Assembly: GCA_050251945.1 (NCBI GenBank)
Contig: JBFWLW010000001.1
Location: 448,001-512,000, forward strand
Length of the DNA: 64,000 nucleotides
Direction: 5' to 3'
Source: Deferribacterales bacterium
GTDB taxonomy: Bacteria > Chrysiogenota > Deferribacteres > Deferribacterales > Geovibrionaceae
Positions 9,274 to 19,159 of the stretch are shown piece after piece. Position 1 is the stretch's first letter. Each line of letters begins with the position of its first letter. Under the pieces are notes generated by a model. That model worked only from the letters and a program-made list of their open reading frames with translations. It ran no database searches and was not told where the DNA came from. The translations under genes and the position numbers were made by a program.

Positions 9274-10035
9274 TTAGTCAAGATATTTTTTAAGCCACAA
9301 TGTGCCGCAACCGCCTTTTTCCTGTCTGCGGAAAGAGTTAGCTCTGCGAACATTTAATCCTCTTTCCCGCAGAAAGTTGAAAATTTCCTCGCGGCGCTCG
9401 TTGCTTACCGGTTTGAAAGGGCTGTCATGCACCTTGTTCAATGTGAGCAGATGCACGGACGATTCGGGAAATCTTTGTGCGTTTTCCGCAAAAAGTCCGA
9501 TCTCTTCATCGCTGTCGTTTATACCCTCTACAGGAAGATAGTTCAGACCAATCTTTTTCTTAGACCTGACAGACATGTGTTTCCACGCTTCCGATATTGC
9601 GGAATATATCTCGTCCAGAGACGGAGCCTTTGGCACAAGTTTTTTGTGCGCCGCTTCCGAGCCTCCGTGCAGAGATATCATCACACCGTTGTGAGGAAGC
9701 GACAGCAGCTTTATCAAAAGCTCCGGATGGCTTGCCGTCGTCGTCACCGATACGGGCAGGTGCGACATGCGCATGAACCGTTCCACCTCTTCAAAATTGT
9801 CCAGAGGTTCGCCTATTCCTGAAACCGTGATGCGTTTTGCGGTCGGTTCAGTTTGTGCCTGTTCCAGCATCTCCTCCGCCGTAAGCCCACGAACAAGCCC
9901 CTTTCTGCCTGATGCACAGAACGGGCACGCCATGCGGCAGCCTGCCTGTGAAGAGATGCAGAGCGTACCGTATGGGTACATGACAGTCTCCACCGTCAGC
10001 CCGTCGTTAAGGGTGACAGCGGTGAGCCTGTTCAT
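9274..10035 (-). CDS. short RlmN/Cfr-like radical SAM protein
   Basis: LCISSQAGCRMACPFCASG (CxxxCxxC), SGIGEPL, ISLH, C-terminal GGCGTL; lacks the RlmN N-terminal domain. Confidence 0.8.
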   Translation of the reverse strand: MNRLTAVTLNDGLTVETVMYPYGTLCISSQAGCRMACPFCASGRKGLVRGLTAEEMLEQAQTEPTAKRITVSGIGEPLDNFEEVERFMRMSHLPVSVTTTASHPELLIKLLSLPHNGVMISLHGGSEAAHKKLVPKAPSLDEIYSAISEAWKHMSVRSKKKIGLNYLPVEGINDSDEEIGLFAENAQRFPESSVHLLTLNKVHDSPFKPVSNERREEIFNFLRERGLNVRRANSFRRQEKGGCGTLWLKKYLD

Positions 10036-10589
10036 ACACCCAGCTTGTCCGAAATTTCGGACAGAGCCGAAATGACAAAGGCAATATGTTCGTCCTGATC
10101 AACACCCATCTCCGCTATTCCCAGCGAGATGTCGTCGCGGTTGACCGCGCGGGCGAACGCCTTGTCTTTCAGCTTTTTCTTAACACTTTTAACTTCCACG
10201 TTAGCAATGGATTTGTCCGGTCTTACATACGCGCAGGCGAGCAGAAAACCGCAGAGTTCGTCCACTGCAAAAAGTGCCTTAGCCATAGGGGTAACTCTGG
10301 CTACGCCCGTGAACGTACCGTGTCCCATTATGGCTTCAAGAATATCTTCGGGGTACCCCATTCCGCGGAGAATCTCGACTCCTTTATACGGGTGTTCCTC
10401 CAGAGTGGGGTATTTCTCGTAATCAAAATCATGAAGAAGACCTGTAACCCCCCAGCGTTCTGCATCTTCGCCGAATTTTTCGGCATATTTACGCATCGCC
10501 TGTTCAACGCTCAGGGCATGTTTGATGAGTGAATCAGATTTTGTATATTCTGTCAGAATGTCATAAGCATCATTTCTATTGACCTGCAT
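10032..10589 (-). CDS. HD/HDIG-domain hydrolase
   Basis: KHALSVE, GLLHDFDYE, EEH, MGH, AVDEL. Confidence 0.85.
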   Translation of the reverse strand: MQVNRNDAYDILTEYTKSDSLIKHALSVEQAMRKYAEKFGEDAERWGVTGLLHDFDYEKYPTLEEHPYKGVEILRGMGYPEDILEAIMGHGTFTGVARVTPMAKALFAVDELCGFLLACAYVRPDKSIANVEVKSVKKKLKDKAFARAVNRDDISLGIAEMGVDQDEHIAFVISALSEISDKLGV

Positions 10590-10702
10590 GGGTGCCTCCG
10601 TTCTTTTTCTGACATAATAATTAATTTGATTGTGTTTGGGTAGATGCCATTTAAACTTATTTTTAATTTTAACTGCATCTGTTGTTGATTCGTCTTTTGA
10701 TT

Positions 10703-10735
10703 AAAAACGGTACGGGGTCTGCCTTCCCCGCACCG
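10703..10735 (-). terminator. intrinsic terminator
   Basis: minus strand CGGTGCGGGG-AAGGCAGA-CCCCGTACCG-TTTTT. Confidence 0.7.
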
Positions 10736-10823
10736 CCTAATCGTATTTGACGTATATTGCAAAAGGAGTATTTAAAATTACGATAGGAACTATTGAAACT
10801 ATGTCAAGACCTTTTTTATCCGA

Positions 10824-11870
10824 TTATTTATCAGTATCGTCATAGCTATGCATGATGTCCTGAAACACCTCTTTCAGCTTATCAAAAGCATCCACAAGCT
10901 GCGGGTCGAACATCGTCCCTCCGTTCTCCTGAATAAATCGTCTGGCATCGTCATACTCCCATTTCTGTTTATACGGTCTCTTTGAAAGCAGCGCATCGAA
11001 AACGTCGCTGACCGCGACTATGCGCCCGCATATAGGTATATTGTCGCCTGCAAGTCCGTTCGGATACCCTTTTCCGTCCCAGCGTTCGTGGTGTGAAAGC
11101 GCTATATCAGCACCGAATTTCAGGTATTTTCCTTCCGAATCTGCAAGTATCTTATATCCGATCGTAGTGTGTTCCTTCATAACGGAAAACTCCTGTTCAT
11201 CCAGTTTTCCGGGTTTCAGAAGGATGCTGTCCGGTATGCCCAGCTTGCCTATATCGTGCAGCGGTGCCGAAAAAAACAGGGCATCGGTGAATTCGCTTTC
11301 CATGCCGATATGCTCGGAAAGAGCCTTGCTGTAATGCGCAACGCGCTTGATATGGTTTCCCGTCTCAGTGTCTTTATATTCGCTGGCGCGACCGATGATC
11401 GTGAGCGTTTCAAACTCGCGCATCCTAATCTTAAGAGTTGCGGTTTCAACCTCCTGCTGTAAGAGCGCTGCTCTGTCTTTCAGCAGAAGCTGGTTTTTCC
11501 TGAGTGAAAGAAGGTTTTTCACACGCACCTGAAACTCGTACAGTTTCAAAGGTTTATAAAGAAAATCCGACGCTCCCGCATTAAGAGCGGAAAGCTTGAT
11601 ATTATCATCATCGTCCACAGCGGTTATCATTACTATCGGGACATCCTGCTCTGTCTCGCGCACGCGCTTGATAAGAGCGATACCGTCCATCTCCGGCATC
11701 ATATAGTCAGTAAGAATAAGATCAGGATGAGAGATTTTTATATAATCAAGCGCAAGTGACGGGTCAGTAAAACTTCTGATCTCAAGGTTCATGCTTTCCA
11801 GCATGGATTCTATAAGCATAAGGTTCAGTTTATTGTCGTCAATGGAAACTATTTTTCCGTTAAGTCCCAT
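10824..11870 (-). CDS. response regulator with HD-GYP cyclic-dinucleotide phosphodiesterase domain (RpfG-like)
   Basis: REC (IDD, TDYMMP, KP) plus ETGNH, LHDIGK, HHERWDGKGYP. Confidence 0.92.
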   Translation of the reverse strand: MGLNGKIVSIDDNKLNLMLIESMLESMNLEIRSFTDPSLALDYIKISHPDLILTDYMMPEMDGIALIKRVRETEQDVPIVMITAVDDDDNIKLSALNAGASDFLYKPLKLYEFQVRVKNLLSLRKNQLLLKDRAALLQQEVETATLKIRMREFETLTIIGRASEYKDTETGNHIKRVAHYSKALSEHIGMESEFTDALFFSAPLHDIGKLGIPDSILLKPGKLDEQEFSVMKEHTTIGYKILADSEGKYLKFGADIALSHHERWDGKGYPNGLAGDNIPICGRIVAVSDVFDALLSKRPYKQKWEYDDARRFIQENGGTMFDPQLVDAFDKLKEVFQDIMHSYDDTDK

Positions 11871-14800
11871 GTTCTCTCCGCTTTATCGTCTCATTCTTTA
11901 TGAAAATTAAAATATCAATTATCTCTTTTATCAGCTCTTTTACGTAAACCGTATCATTCTTTTTAACAAATTCGTCGGCGTTTTTCAATTTTTCGGATAA
12001 AAAACTCAGACGCATGTTTCCTGCGGCACTTCTGACAGAATGGATCAGGTCTCTGGCACTGCGAACGTTGCCGGCAGCAAGTTCCTCCGCCGCTTTTTTA
12101 AGGTCGTTTCCGGAGTCGTCACAAAATTCGCTCAGAAGCGACGCAAGCACATCAGGGGCAAGCCCTATCTGAGCCTGAAGCTCCTCGAACGAAAATCCTG
12201 CAAAACCGCCAGCGGGTTCATGCCCGTCTTCCTGCAGTTTTTCAAACTCTATCACAAATGAAAAACAGCTTCCCTTATTCTCTTCACTGGAAACATGTAT
12301 CTCTGATCCGAATTTTTTCAGAATGTTCTTCGCTATGCTCAGCCCCAGACCCGCACCGCTGAATCTGCGCGTCGAAGTACCGTCGCCCTGTTCAAACGAA
12401 TCGAATATCACCGGAAGTTTTTCCGGAGATATGCCAACTCCGTTATCTTTCACCTCGAACTCAACGCTGACTGTGCTGTTCGTCTCCGCCTTCCTGCGGA
12501 TATTCAACTCAATCTGCCCGCCTGCCTGCGTGAATTTCACGGCGTTTGAAAGCAGGTTCGAGACCGCCTGCCCCACACGGAACGAATCGCCTTTCAGCTT
12601 TTTCGGTATATTTGAGTCAACACAGCTTAAAAAAGCTATATTCTTATTTTCCGCTGATTTTCTATGTACTCTGTTCACTGTATCCGCCAGAACGTCGATG
12701 TTCACCGTCTGACTGTCGATAGAGTATCCGTCGCTGTCGATATCCGCAAGCTCCATGATACCGTTAAAGATATCCAGCAGTGTCTCGGCACTGGACCGCA
12801 CCGTGGCGAGGTAATTTTTCTGTTTGTCGTCCAGATTTGTAGTCTTAAGTACGTCGCTGAAACCGATAATACTGTTAAGCGGGGTGCGTATCTCATGGCT
12901 TATGTTGGCTATGAAGCGTGATTTTGCAACATTCGCATCCTCTGCGCGTTTTCTTGCCTGCAAAAGCTCTGTTATATCCTCTTTTATCGCCACAAAACTG
13001 ATTATTTCTCCGGTTGCGTTCTTTATGGGCGCAATGACTGCCGATTCTATATATTTTTCGCCGTTCTTTTTCTTGTTCGTAAAGACACCCTGCCATATCC
13101 TGCCTGACGTTATGGTCTGCCAGAGTTCTGCAAAAAGCTGAGGCGCGGAATCATCCCATTTGAGTATACTCGGTTTTTTACCGATGACCTCCGCCGCGCT
13201 GTATCCCGTAACCTTTTCAAACATTGGGTTGGCATACTCCACAATACCTTCCCTGTCGGTCACCAGGATGCTCACAGGGCTTTGCTCCATCACCAGCGCA
13301 AGCTTATTGATCTCGCGCTCCGCCGTTTTTCCGGCTGTTATATCCCTTATATTCAGGATTATTCCGTTTATGACCGGATTCTCGCACATATTGACGGCGA
13401 CAATCTCAGCCGTTATAGTTTCGCCGCCCCGTTTAACAAGCTTAAACTCGCCCGACAGCGGCTCGGTTCCGCCTGAAATGACCCTTTGTATCCATCCGGA
13501 AAATTCCTGTCTGTCCGAACCGAACACAATATCTTCAAAGAATTTACCCTTGATATGTTCACTGCTGAACCCTATCACGAAATCCATGGACGGGCTGGCA
13601 TACTTGATCCTGCCGTTGCCGTCCATAACTATAATTATGTCGGTTATGTTCTCGATAAGCTGTCTGAAACGGCGCTCACTGTCTTCAAGCATGGTCTCGG
13701 CGCTGTGTCTGAGCTTGGATTCCTCGCTGGCGATGCGCGAATAATCCGCCACCCTCTCCTCAAGAGAACTCTGCTGCTGAATAAGAAATCTTTCGGTCTT
13801 CTTCCAGTCGGAGATATCCACCGACATCTCTATCATCTGCACAACATTTCCGTTATCGTCAAATATAGGATATGCGCGTATCTCATAATATTTATCTGTA
13901 CCGTCAGGCTGCTTATGCAGATGCTCCACGGCAACAGATTTGCGTTTCTCTTTCACTATTTTCAGAGGACATGGGTGTTCTATGCCGCTGCACGGCAGAA
14001 GCATCCGGTGCGTCACAGCGTGGCAGGTCATATTTATGATATTCCCGCCGTCAGACGCATACCTGTTTGCATAAACTATCTCATAATTATCAGCATCTAT
14101 GACATAAAATGCGCAATCCATAGCATCCAGTATTTTGCTGAGATATGCATATTTATCTTTATAACTGCTCTCGCTGGCAATAATGTCATCCAGTCTGCTG
14201 AAAAGTTCGGTAGTTCTGGATTTCAGCTTTGTGTCAAAATTGATGAACAGGTCGTCGTACTCCTTTTTTGCCTGTGACGCATCGAAAAGCACATTCCATA
14301 TCACATATGCAAGCCAGCCGCCGAAAAATACAAACACCGAGCCAAAAACCAGCGATATGTAAGAGTTTATGGCTTCAAACTTTTTTCCCTGTGAAACAAT
14401 ATAGTCACTGAGCAGTTTCATCTCTGAAAGAGAGCTTATGTAAGCGTCGTTAGATATCATCTGAAAGCTGGTGAAGAAATTATCCACCTCTTTGGTTCTC
14501 ACCCTTATCTCCTGATCGGAAGAGAGTGAAAGCATAAAATCGGATGTTTTTTCGGCAGACAGACGGTTTATAAGGTGACTGCGGTAGCTACGGACAATGA
14601 GTTTCAGCTCTTCCAGCTTCGCCCGCATGTCTATTATACGCACATCATAAGGCTTGTTATCCGTCTTCTTGTAGCTGTAGTCGAAAGTATATTTATCAAA
14701 TTCAGAAGAACTTACAGGCAGTTTTTCGATAAGCAGTCCGCCGTTGTCCAGAATACGCAGTTCGTCGCTGATGCTGTTTATATCGTCGAATATCCTCGAT

Positions 14801-15057
14801 TCATATTTGCTCATATCGCTGAATTTTTCAGACTCAATATAAAGATGCAGATAATTGTTCACTTCGCTGATCCGTATTCTGATGAATCTGTATATGTCAG
14901 CTTTGTTCTTAACGTTGTCCATGCAGGCTTTCAGATAAATCATCCTGTCGCGTTCATAGCTATGGGCGGTAAAAAGAATTGAAATGCCTGCCAGTCCGTA
15001 CAAAAGAAAAATAACAAGCAGCAGAAAGTAACGTTTCGGCTTATATAAATTTATCAT
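11860..15057 (-). CDS. membrane PAS-domain histidine kinase with C-terminal HPt
   Basis: 2 TM segments, three PAS-like domains, SHEIRTPLN H-box, NAVKFT, DNGVG, GAGLGL, HSVRSAAGN HPt-like. Confidence 0.9.
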   Translation of the reverse strand: MINLYKPKRYFLLLVIFLLYGLAGISILFTAHSYERDRMIYLKACMDNVKNKADIYRFIRIRISEVNNYLHLYIESEKFSDMSKYESRIFDDINSISDELRILDNGGLLIEKLPVSSSEFDKYTFDYSYKKTDNKPYDVRIIDMRAKLEELKLIVRSYRSHLINRLSAEKTSDFMLSLSSDQEIRVRTKEVDNFFTSFQMISNDAYISSLSEMKLLSDYIVSQGKKFEAINSYISLVFGSVFVFFGGWLAYVIWNVLFDASQAKKEYDDLFINFDTKLKSRTTELFSRLDDIIASESSYKDKYAYLSKILDAMDCAFYVIDADNYEIVYANRYASDGGNIINMTCHAVTHRMLLPCSGIEHPCPLKIVKEKRKSVAVEHLHKQPDGTDKYYEIRAYPIFDDNGNVVQMIEMSVDISDWKKTERFLIQQQSSLEERVADYSRIASEESKLRHSAETMLEDSERRFRQLIENITDIIIVMDGNGRIKYASPSMDFVIGFSSEHIKGKFFEDIVFGSDRQEFSGWIQRVISGGTEPLSGEFKLVKRGGETITAEIVAVNMCENPVINGIILNIRDITAGKTAEREINKLALVMEQSPVSILVTDREGIVEYANPMFEKVTGYSAAEVIGKKPSILKWDDSAPQLFAELWQTITSGRIWQGVFTNKKKNGEKYIESAVIAPIKNATGEIISFVAIKEDITELLQARKRAEDANVAKSRFIANISHEIRTPLNSIIGFSDVLKTTNLDDKQKNYLATVRSSAETLLDIFNGIMELADIDSDGYSIDSQTVNIDVLADTVNRVHRKSAENKNIAFLSCVDSNIPKKLKGDSFRVGQAVSNLLSNAVKFTQAGGQIELNIRRKAETNSTVSVEFEVKDNGVGISPEKLPVIFDSFEQGDGTSTRRFSGAGLGLSIAKNILKKFGSEIHVSSEENKGSCFSFVIEFEKLQEDGHEPAGGFAGFSFEELQAQIGLAPDVLASLLSEFCDDSGNDLKKAAEELAAGNVRSARDLIHSVRSAAGNMRLSFLSEKLKNADEFVKKNDTVYVKELIKEIIDILIFIKNETIKRREHGT

Positions 15058-15842
15058 GGCTGCTGTTTCTCAATCCCGTATTTTGAAAACACCTGTCTGC
15101 CCTTTTCAGATGCCGCAAGTTTCAGAAAATCTCCGGCGCACTCTTCCTCGCGTGAAAAAGTTATAAGCCCTGCTTTAACTTTTACCTTTCTGAAATACGG
15201 TGAATCTATTTCCACGGTCTGGGTTCCTTTGGACTGCGGACTATATTTAAGAGATATCCAGTCAACCGCTATATCTGCGTTATTGTCCGCAACGGCTTTA
15301 AGGAGTTGTTTTGAATCGGATGCGAGACCGGTGACGTTTGCAAAAACATCTTTCAGTATTCCCGCCTTTTGCAGAGCCAGATGGGTTTCTTCTCCCGCCC
15401 CGCTGGTAAGAGCTGAGCCTATTATACTTCTGACTCTGTCGTTAGTGAGCCAGTTCAGGTTTCCGTCAATTCTAAGAGGGTTGCCGTAGGCAACGAAATA
15501 AGCCAGCCTGTCACTGCCCAGTTCGTAAGTTTCCGAAACAATGCCCTGAGATTTCAGGGTATCCACATAGTCACCCACTGTTGCAAATACAGCATCGCCT
15601 TTTTTGTTCACCTGTATGGCTCGCATCTGGTGTGCGCTGCCTCCGGTGAGAATATCGACGGCACAGCCGCCGTTGTTCTCATATTCAGAGGCAAGTTCGC
15701 TGACCGGATTTGAAAGAGCGGCGGAAGAATATACCAGAATAGATCGTTTGTCGCCTTCGGAAGAAAATGGAGGTTTTTCAGGATTGCATCCGCAGCCGGA
15801 CAGAAAAATAGAAAAAATAATAACAAGCCGAATGATTTTCAT
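15054..15842 (-). CDS. ModA-like (oxyanion) substrate-binding lipoprotein
   Basis: LSGC lipobox, YSSAALS..GGS, GNPLRI, FLKLAASEKGRQVFSKYG C-terminus typical of the ModA-like SBP fold. Confidence 0.7.
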   Translation of the reverse strand: MKIIRLVIIFSIFLSGCGCNPEKPPFSSEGDKRSILVYSSAALSNPVSELASEYENNGGCAVDILTGGSAHQMRAIQVNKKGDAVFATVGDYVDTLKSQGIVSETYELGSDRLAYFVAYGNPLRIDGNLNWLTNDRVRSIIGSALTSGAGEETHLALQKAGILKDVFANVTGLASDSKQLLKAVADNNADIAVDWISLKYSPQSKGTQTVEIDSPYFRKVKVKAGLITFSREEECAGDFLKLAASEKGRQVFSKYGIEKQQP

Positions 15843-15997
15843 CCTGTCCCCGCCAATAATTATTTACAAAGTCTACACTAAAAAGAACCCTTGCGAAAGT
15901 TGAATTAAAACTTGTTATAAACATTCATTTTATATTTAACTTGCACATATTATTAAACAGCGGTACCCTTTAAAAGAATACCATTTAAGGGTGATTT

Positions 15998-17110
15998 ATG
16001 AGAAACATACTGATAGCTGCTGCACTAATGCTCAGCTTCTTCGCTTTTGCAGGCGACATGAACGATGAATTTGAACGCAACGCCACAGGCGCTCCCGAAC
16101 TGCTTCAAAAAGGCGCACAGAAGCATTGGTGTCCTGTTTGCGGGATGAACCTTCCGATGTATTACAAAACAAATTTCGCCGTTAAGCTCAAAAACGGCGA
16201 GGCAAAACAATACTGCTCAATCCGCTGCTTTGCAGATGACTACGGCAACATTTCAGAGAACATCAAAGAGATTCTCGTGATGGATGCCGCAAAAGAAAAG
16301 TTTACTAATGCTAAAAAAGCTCATTATGTAATGGGCAGTCAGGCGCCGGGAACCATGACCGCCGTCAGCAAATACGGCTTCGCATCTCTTGCGGACGCTC
16401 AGGCGTTCCAGAAGAAATACGGAGGCGAGGTTGTTAACTACGACACCGTACTTAAGGCAACTCTCGATTCCATGCAGGCGGACAAAAATATGTCCGCGGC
16501 AAAGAAAGAAAAGATGGTCTACCCCATGGGTGAAAAAATATATAAGTCCGTCTGCAAACCCGTCAATCCGTCCGCATTTGAACAGATCAACACCATGAAG
16601 GCATATATTAAAGATAACGCTGTCTGCGGCGAACTGAAAGAGGGTCAGCTGCAGGCTGTTTCCCTTTATCTCTGGGAAGTTCAGAGAAAATCCGCGGAAG
16701 GCTATTCCACAATCTCTGTTCCGGACGGAGCAAAATGCCCTGTCTGCGGCATGTTCGTTGCGAAATACCCAAAATGGGCTGCACAGATAACCTATAAAGA
16801 TGCAAAAGGCACCCAAAACTCAGTTTATTTCGACGGAGTGAAAGACCTGATGAAGTTTTATCAGAAACCGGAGAAATGGGGAAAATACAAACACATCACC
16901 ATAACAAATATACTTGTCAGTGACTATTACAGCCTGAAAGCCATAGACGGCAAAGCCGCATTTTACGTTACAGGTTCGGACATGTACGGTCCCATGGGCA
17001 ATGAGCTTATTCCGTTTGAATCCGAACAGAACGCTAAAACGTTCATGGCAGACCATAACGGCAAATCCATTGTCAGGTTTTCAGAGATAACATCCGCAAT
17101 GCTGAAATGA
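15998..17110 (+). CDS. periplasmic protein with two NosL-like domains
   Basis: Signal peptide; two CPVCGM motifs, YCSIRC, AHYVMGS..PGTM and AFYVTGSD..GPMG, AQAF..GG. Confidence 0.85.
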   Translation: MRNILIAAALMLSFFAFAGDMNDEFERNATGAPELLQKGAQKHWCPVCGMNLPMYYKTNFAVKLKNGEAKQYCSIRCFADDYGNISENIKEILVMDAAKEKFTNAKKAHYVMGSQAPGTMTAVSKYGFASLADAQAFQKKYGGEVVNYDTVLKATLDSMQADKNMSAAKKEKMVYPMGEKIYKSVCKPVNPSAFEQINTMKAYIKDNAVCGELKEGQLQAVSLYLWEVQRKSAEGYSTISVPDGAKCPVCGMFVAKYPKWAAQITYKDAKGTQNSVYFDGVKDLMKFYQKPEKWGKYKHITITNILVSDYYSLKAIDGKAAFYVTGSDMYGPMGNELIPFESEQNAKTFMADHNGKSIVRFSEITSAMLK

Positions 17111-17352
17111 CGGCAAGAAGCGTAAAGTTTCTGATCTTTATAATGATATTTACAGCGGTAACGGCGGCACAGTTGTTTTACTTTGCCGCCTTCCGCATGC
17201 CTTCCGCAAACGACCAGGTTGTTCGGTACGGGTTTGCCCGTTTGACAGGCATTTCTGAACCCGCTGTCTATTGCGAATACAAGAGACAGGCTGCCCCCGA
17301 TACTCCTTTCGGTTTTGATACAGACCTTAGGTCTACGGTGTACGGAAGGTGA
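17107..17352 (+). CDS. small membrane-anchored hypothetical protein
   Basis: Overlaps both neighbours by 4 nt; N-terminal hydrophobic helix. Confidence 0.6.
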   Translation: MTARSVKFLIFIMIFTAVTAAQLFYFAAFRMPSANDQVVRYGFARLTGISEPAVYCEYKRQAAPDTPFGFDTDLRSTVYGR

Positions 17353-18521
17353 AAGCAGGACTTTTCGAGTTCGCACTCTGCTCGATGGCGGGCAGACGGT
17401 CAAAATTCATATTTGTCTATATCATACTCACTTTACTGATGATGCTGTGTTTTTCGGTATTTTTCGTCACCGCATCACTGCACGCCGAAAGTTCATACGG
17501 AGCGGATGCGCTGCCGGACATCTCGGTTACCATGAACAAAGGCGGACGTAACGAACTGATAAACACATCCAGAATTGAAGATATAATCCTGATACCGGGG
17601 GTTAAATATGCAGAACCGGCATACTTCGGGCTTTACAGGTTCGATTACCTGAAAGCAAATCTGACCGTTGTCGGCATCGACCCTTTTGCGGAACAGTATT
17701 CGGAAGCTTTTGAAAAAGCGGTCGAACAGAATAAAAATATCCTTTCACATGACCGATGGATGATAACCGGACAAAAGCTCGCGGAGACAATCAGCGCTAT
17801 CTACAATAAAGAGGCATTCAGCTTCGGACTGCCCGACGGCAGCTATCTGGAACTGCCCGTTGTCGGCACCTTCGCCCCTCAGTCGCAGTTAATGTCTGCA
17901 TCGGCAGTGCTTACTGATATCGAATCAGCAAAAGAGATACTCGGGATACCGGACGGTAAAGCCGTGCAGATATCCGTTTATACAGGCAATCCGAAAGAAA
18001 CGGACACTATCGCCCAAAAAATATCAGTAATGTTTCCTGATACGAAAGTTGAAACGAAAGAGATAAAGCAGGCGGCGGCTTCAAATCTGTTTGATTTTGC
18101 ATCAGGCATATTTATGCTTGTGTTTGCTGTCAGCCTTTTCACGTTTTTCATTATAGTATTTGACAGAGCATCGGGGCTTAACATGGAGGAACGCAAAGAG
18201 ATAGCAGTGCTGAAAGCCGTTGGCTACACGCCGTCAAACATCATCTCAGTGCGCTTTTATGAAACTCTTATTACAGCCGCATCCGCGTTCATTACCGCCC
18301 TGCCAGTCGCCATGTTCTATGTGTACGGACTTCAGGCGCCGCTTCTGAAATCAATCTTCATAGGTTTCTCATACATGCGTCCGGATTTCATCCTGCCGTT
18401 CGTCTTTCCCGTGAAGGAGATAGCTCTCACCTTTATGGTCACAGTACCTGTTTACGCGGCATCAATCATAATTCCTGCATGGAGAGCATCGGTAACGGAT
18501 GCGCAGGAGAGCCTGCGATGA
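17349..18521 (+). CDS. FtsX/MacB-type ABC permease
   Basis: TM, periplasmic domain, ERKEIAVLKAVG, PAWRAS. Confidence 0.85.
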   Translation: MKAGLFEFALCSMAGRRSKFIFVYIILTLLMMLCFSVFFVTASLHAESSYGADALPDISVTMNKGGRNELINTSRIEDIILIPGVKYAEPAYFGLYRFDYLKANLTVVGIDPFAEQYSEAFEKAVEQNKNILSHDRWMITGQKLAETISAIYNKEAFSFGLPDGSYLELPVVGTFAPQSQLMSASAVLTDIESAKEILGIPDGKAVQISVYTGNPKETDTIAQKISVMFPDTKVETKEIKQAAASNLFDFASGIFMLVFAVSLFTFFIIVFDRASGLNMEERKEIAVLKAVGYTPSNIISVRFYETLITAASAFITALPVAMFYVYGLQAPLLKSIFIGFSYMRPDFILPFVFPVKEIALTFMVTVPVYAASIIIPAWRASVTDAQESLR

Positions 18522-19159
18522 TAAAATTCACATCGGTGACAAAAAAATATAAAGACATAACCCCTTTGGATGATTTCAGCATGGAAATTGCCGCAGGGGA
18601 AACAGTTATTCTAAGCGGGCGAAGCGGGAGCGGAAAGACCACCGTTCTTTCGCTCACGGCGGCTCTGACGCGCCCCACGTCGGGCAGTATTGAGGTAAAC
18701 GGAAAGCAGACAGCAAAACTGCCGGAGGAGTTCGCGGCACTTTTCCGCAGAGAGTCAGTGGGGATGATATTCCAGAACTATAACCTTCTGCCCGGTCTGT
18801 CTGTCATTGACAACATCACCATACCGCTTCTGCCCACAAAAATGTTAATGAAACAGCAGCAGGAGCGCGCATACACCCTTATGGAAAAATTAAATATAAC
18901 TGATAAGGCAAAGACCGTAGTCGGCAGGCTGTCAGGCGGCGAACAGCAGAGGGTCGCCATAGCCAGAGCGCTGATAAACAACCCGCCCGTGATACTTGCG
19001 GATGAACCGACATCCAGTCTGGACGCAACACTCACCGACAGACTGCTTGAAATATTTGCCGTTATAAAGGCGGAAGGCAGAACACTGCTCATTGCAACAC
19101 ACGACAAAGCTGTCATTGAAAGCGGCATTGCCGACAGAATAATCGGTATAGAAAAATGA
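18518..19159 (+). CDS. LolD/MacB-type ABC ATP-binding protein
   Basis: GRSGSGKT, LSGGEQQRVAIARAL, ADEPT, ATHD; ATGA overlap with the permease. Confidence 0.92.
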   Translation: MIKFTSVTKKYKDITPLDDFSMEIAAGETVILSGRSGSGKTTVLSLTAALTRPTSGSIEVNGKQTAKLPEEFAALFRRESVGMIFQNYNLLPGLSVIDNITIPLLPTKMLMKQQQERAYTLMEKLNITDKAKTVVGRLSGGEQQRVAIARALINNPPVILADEPTSSLDATLTDRLLEIFAVIKAEGRTLLIATHDKAVIESGIADRIIGIEK

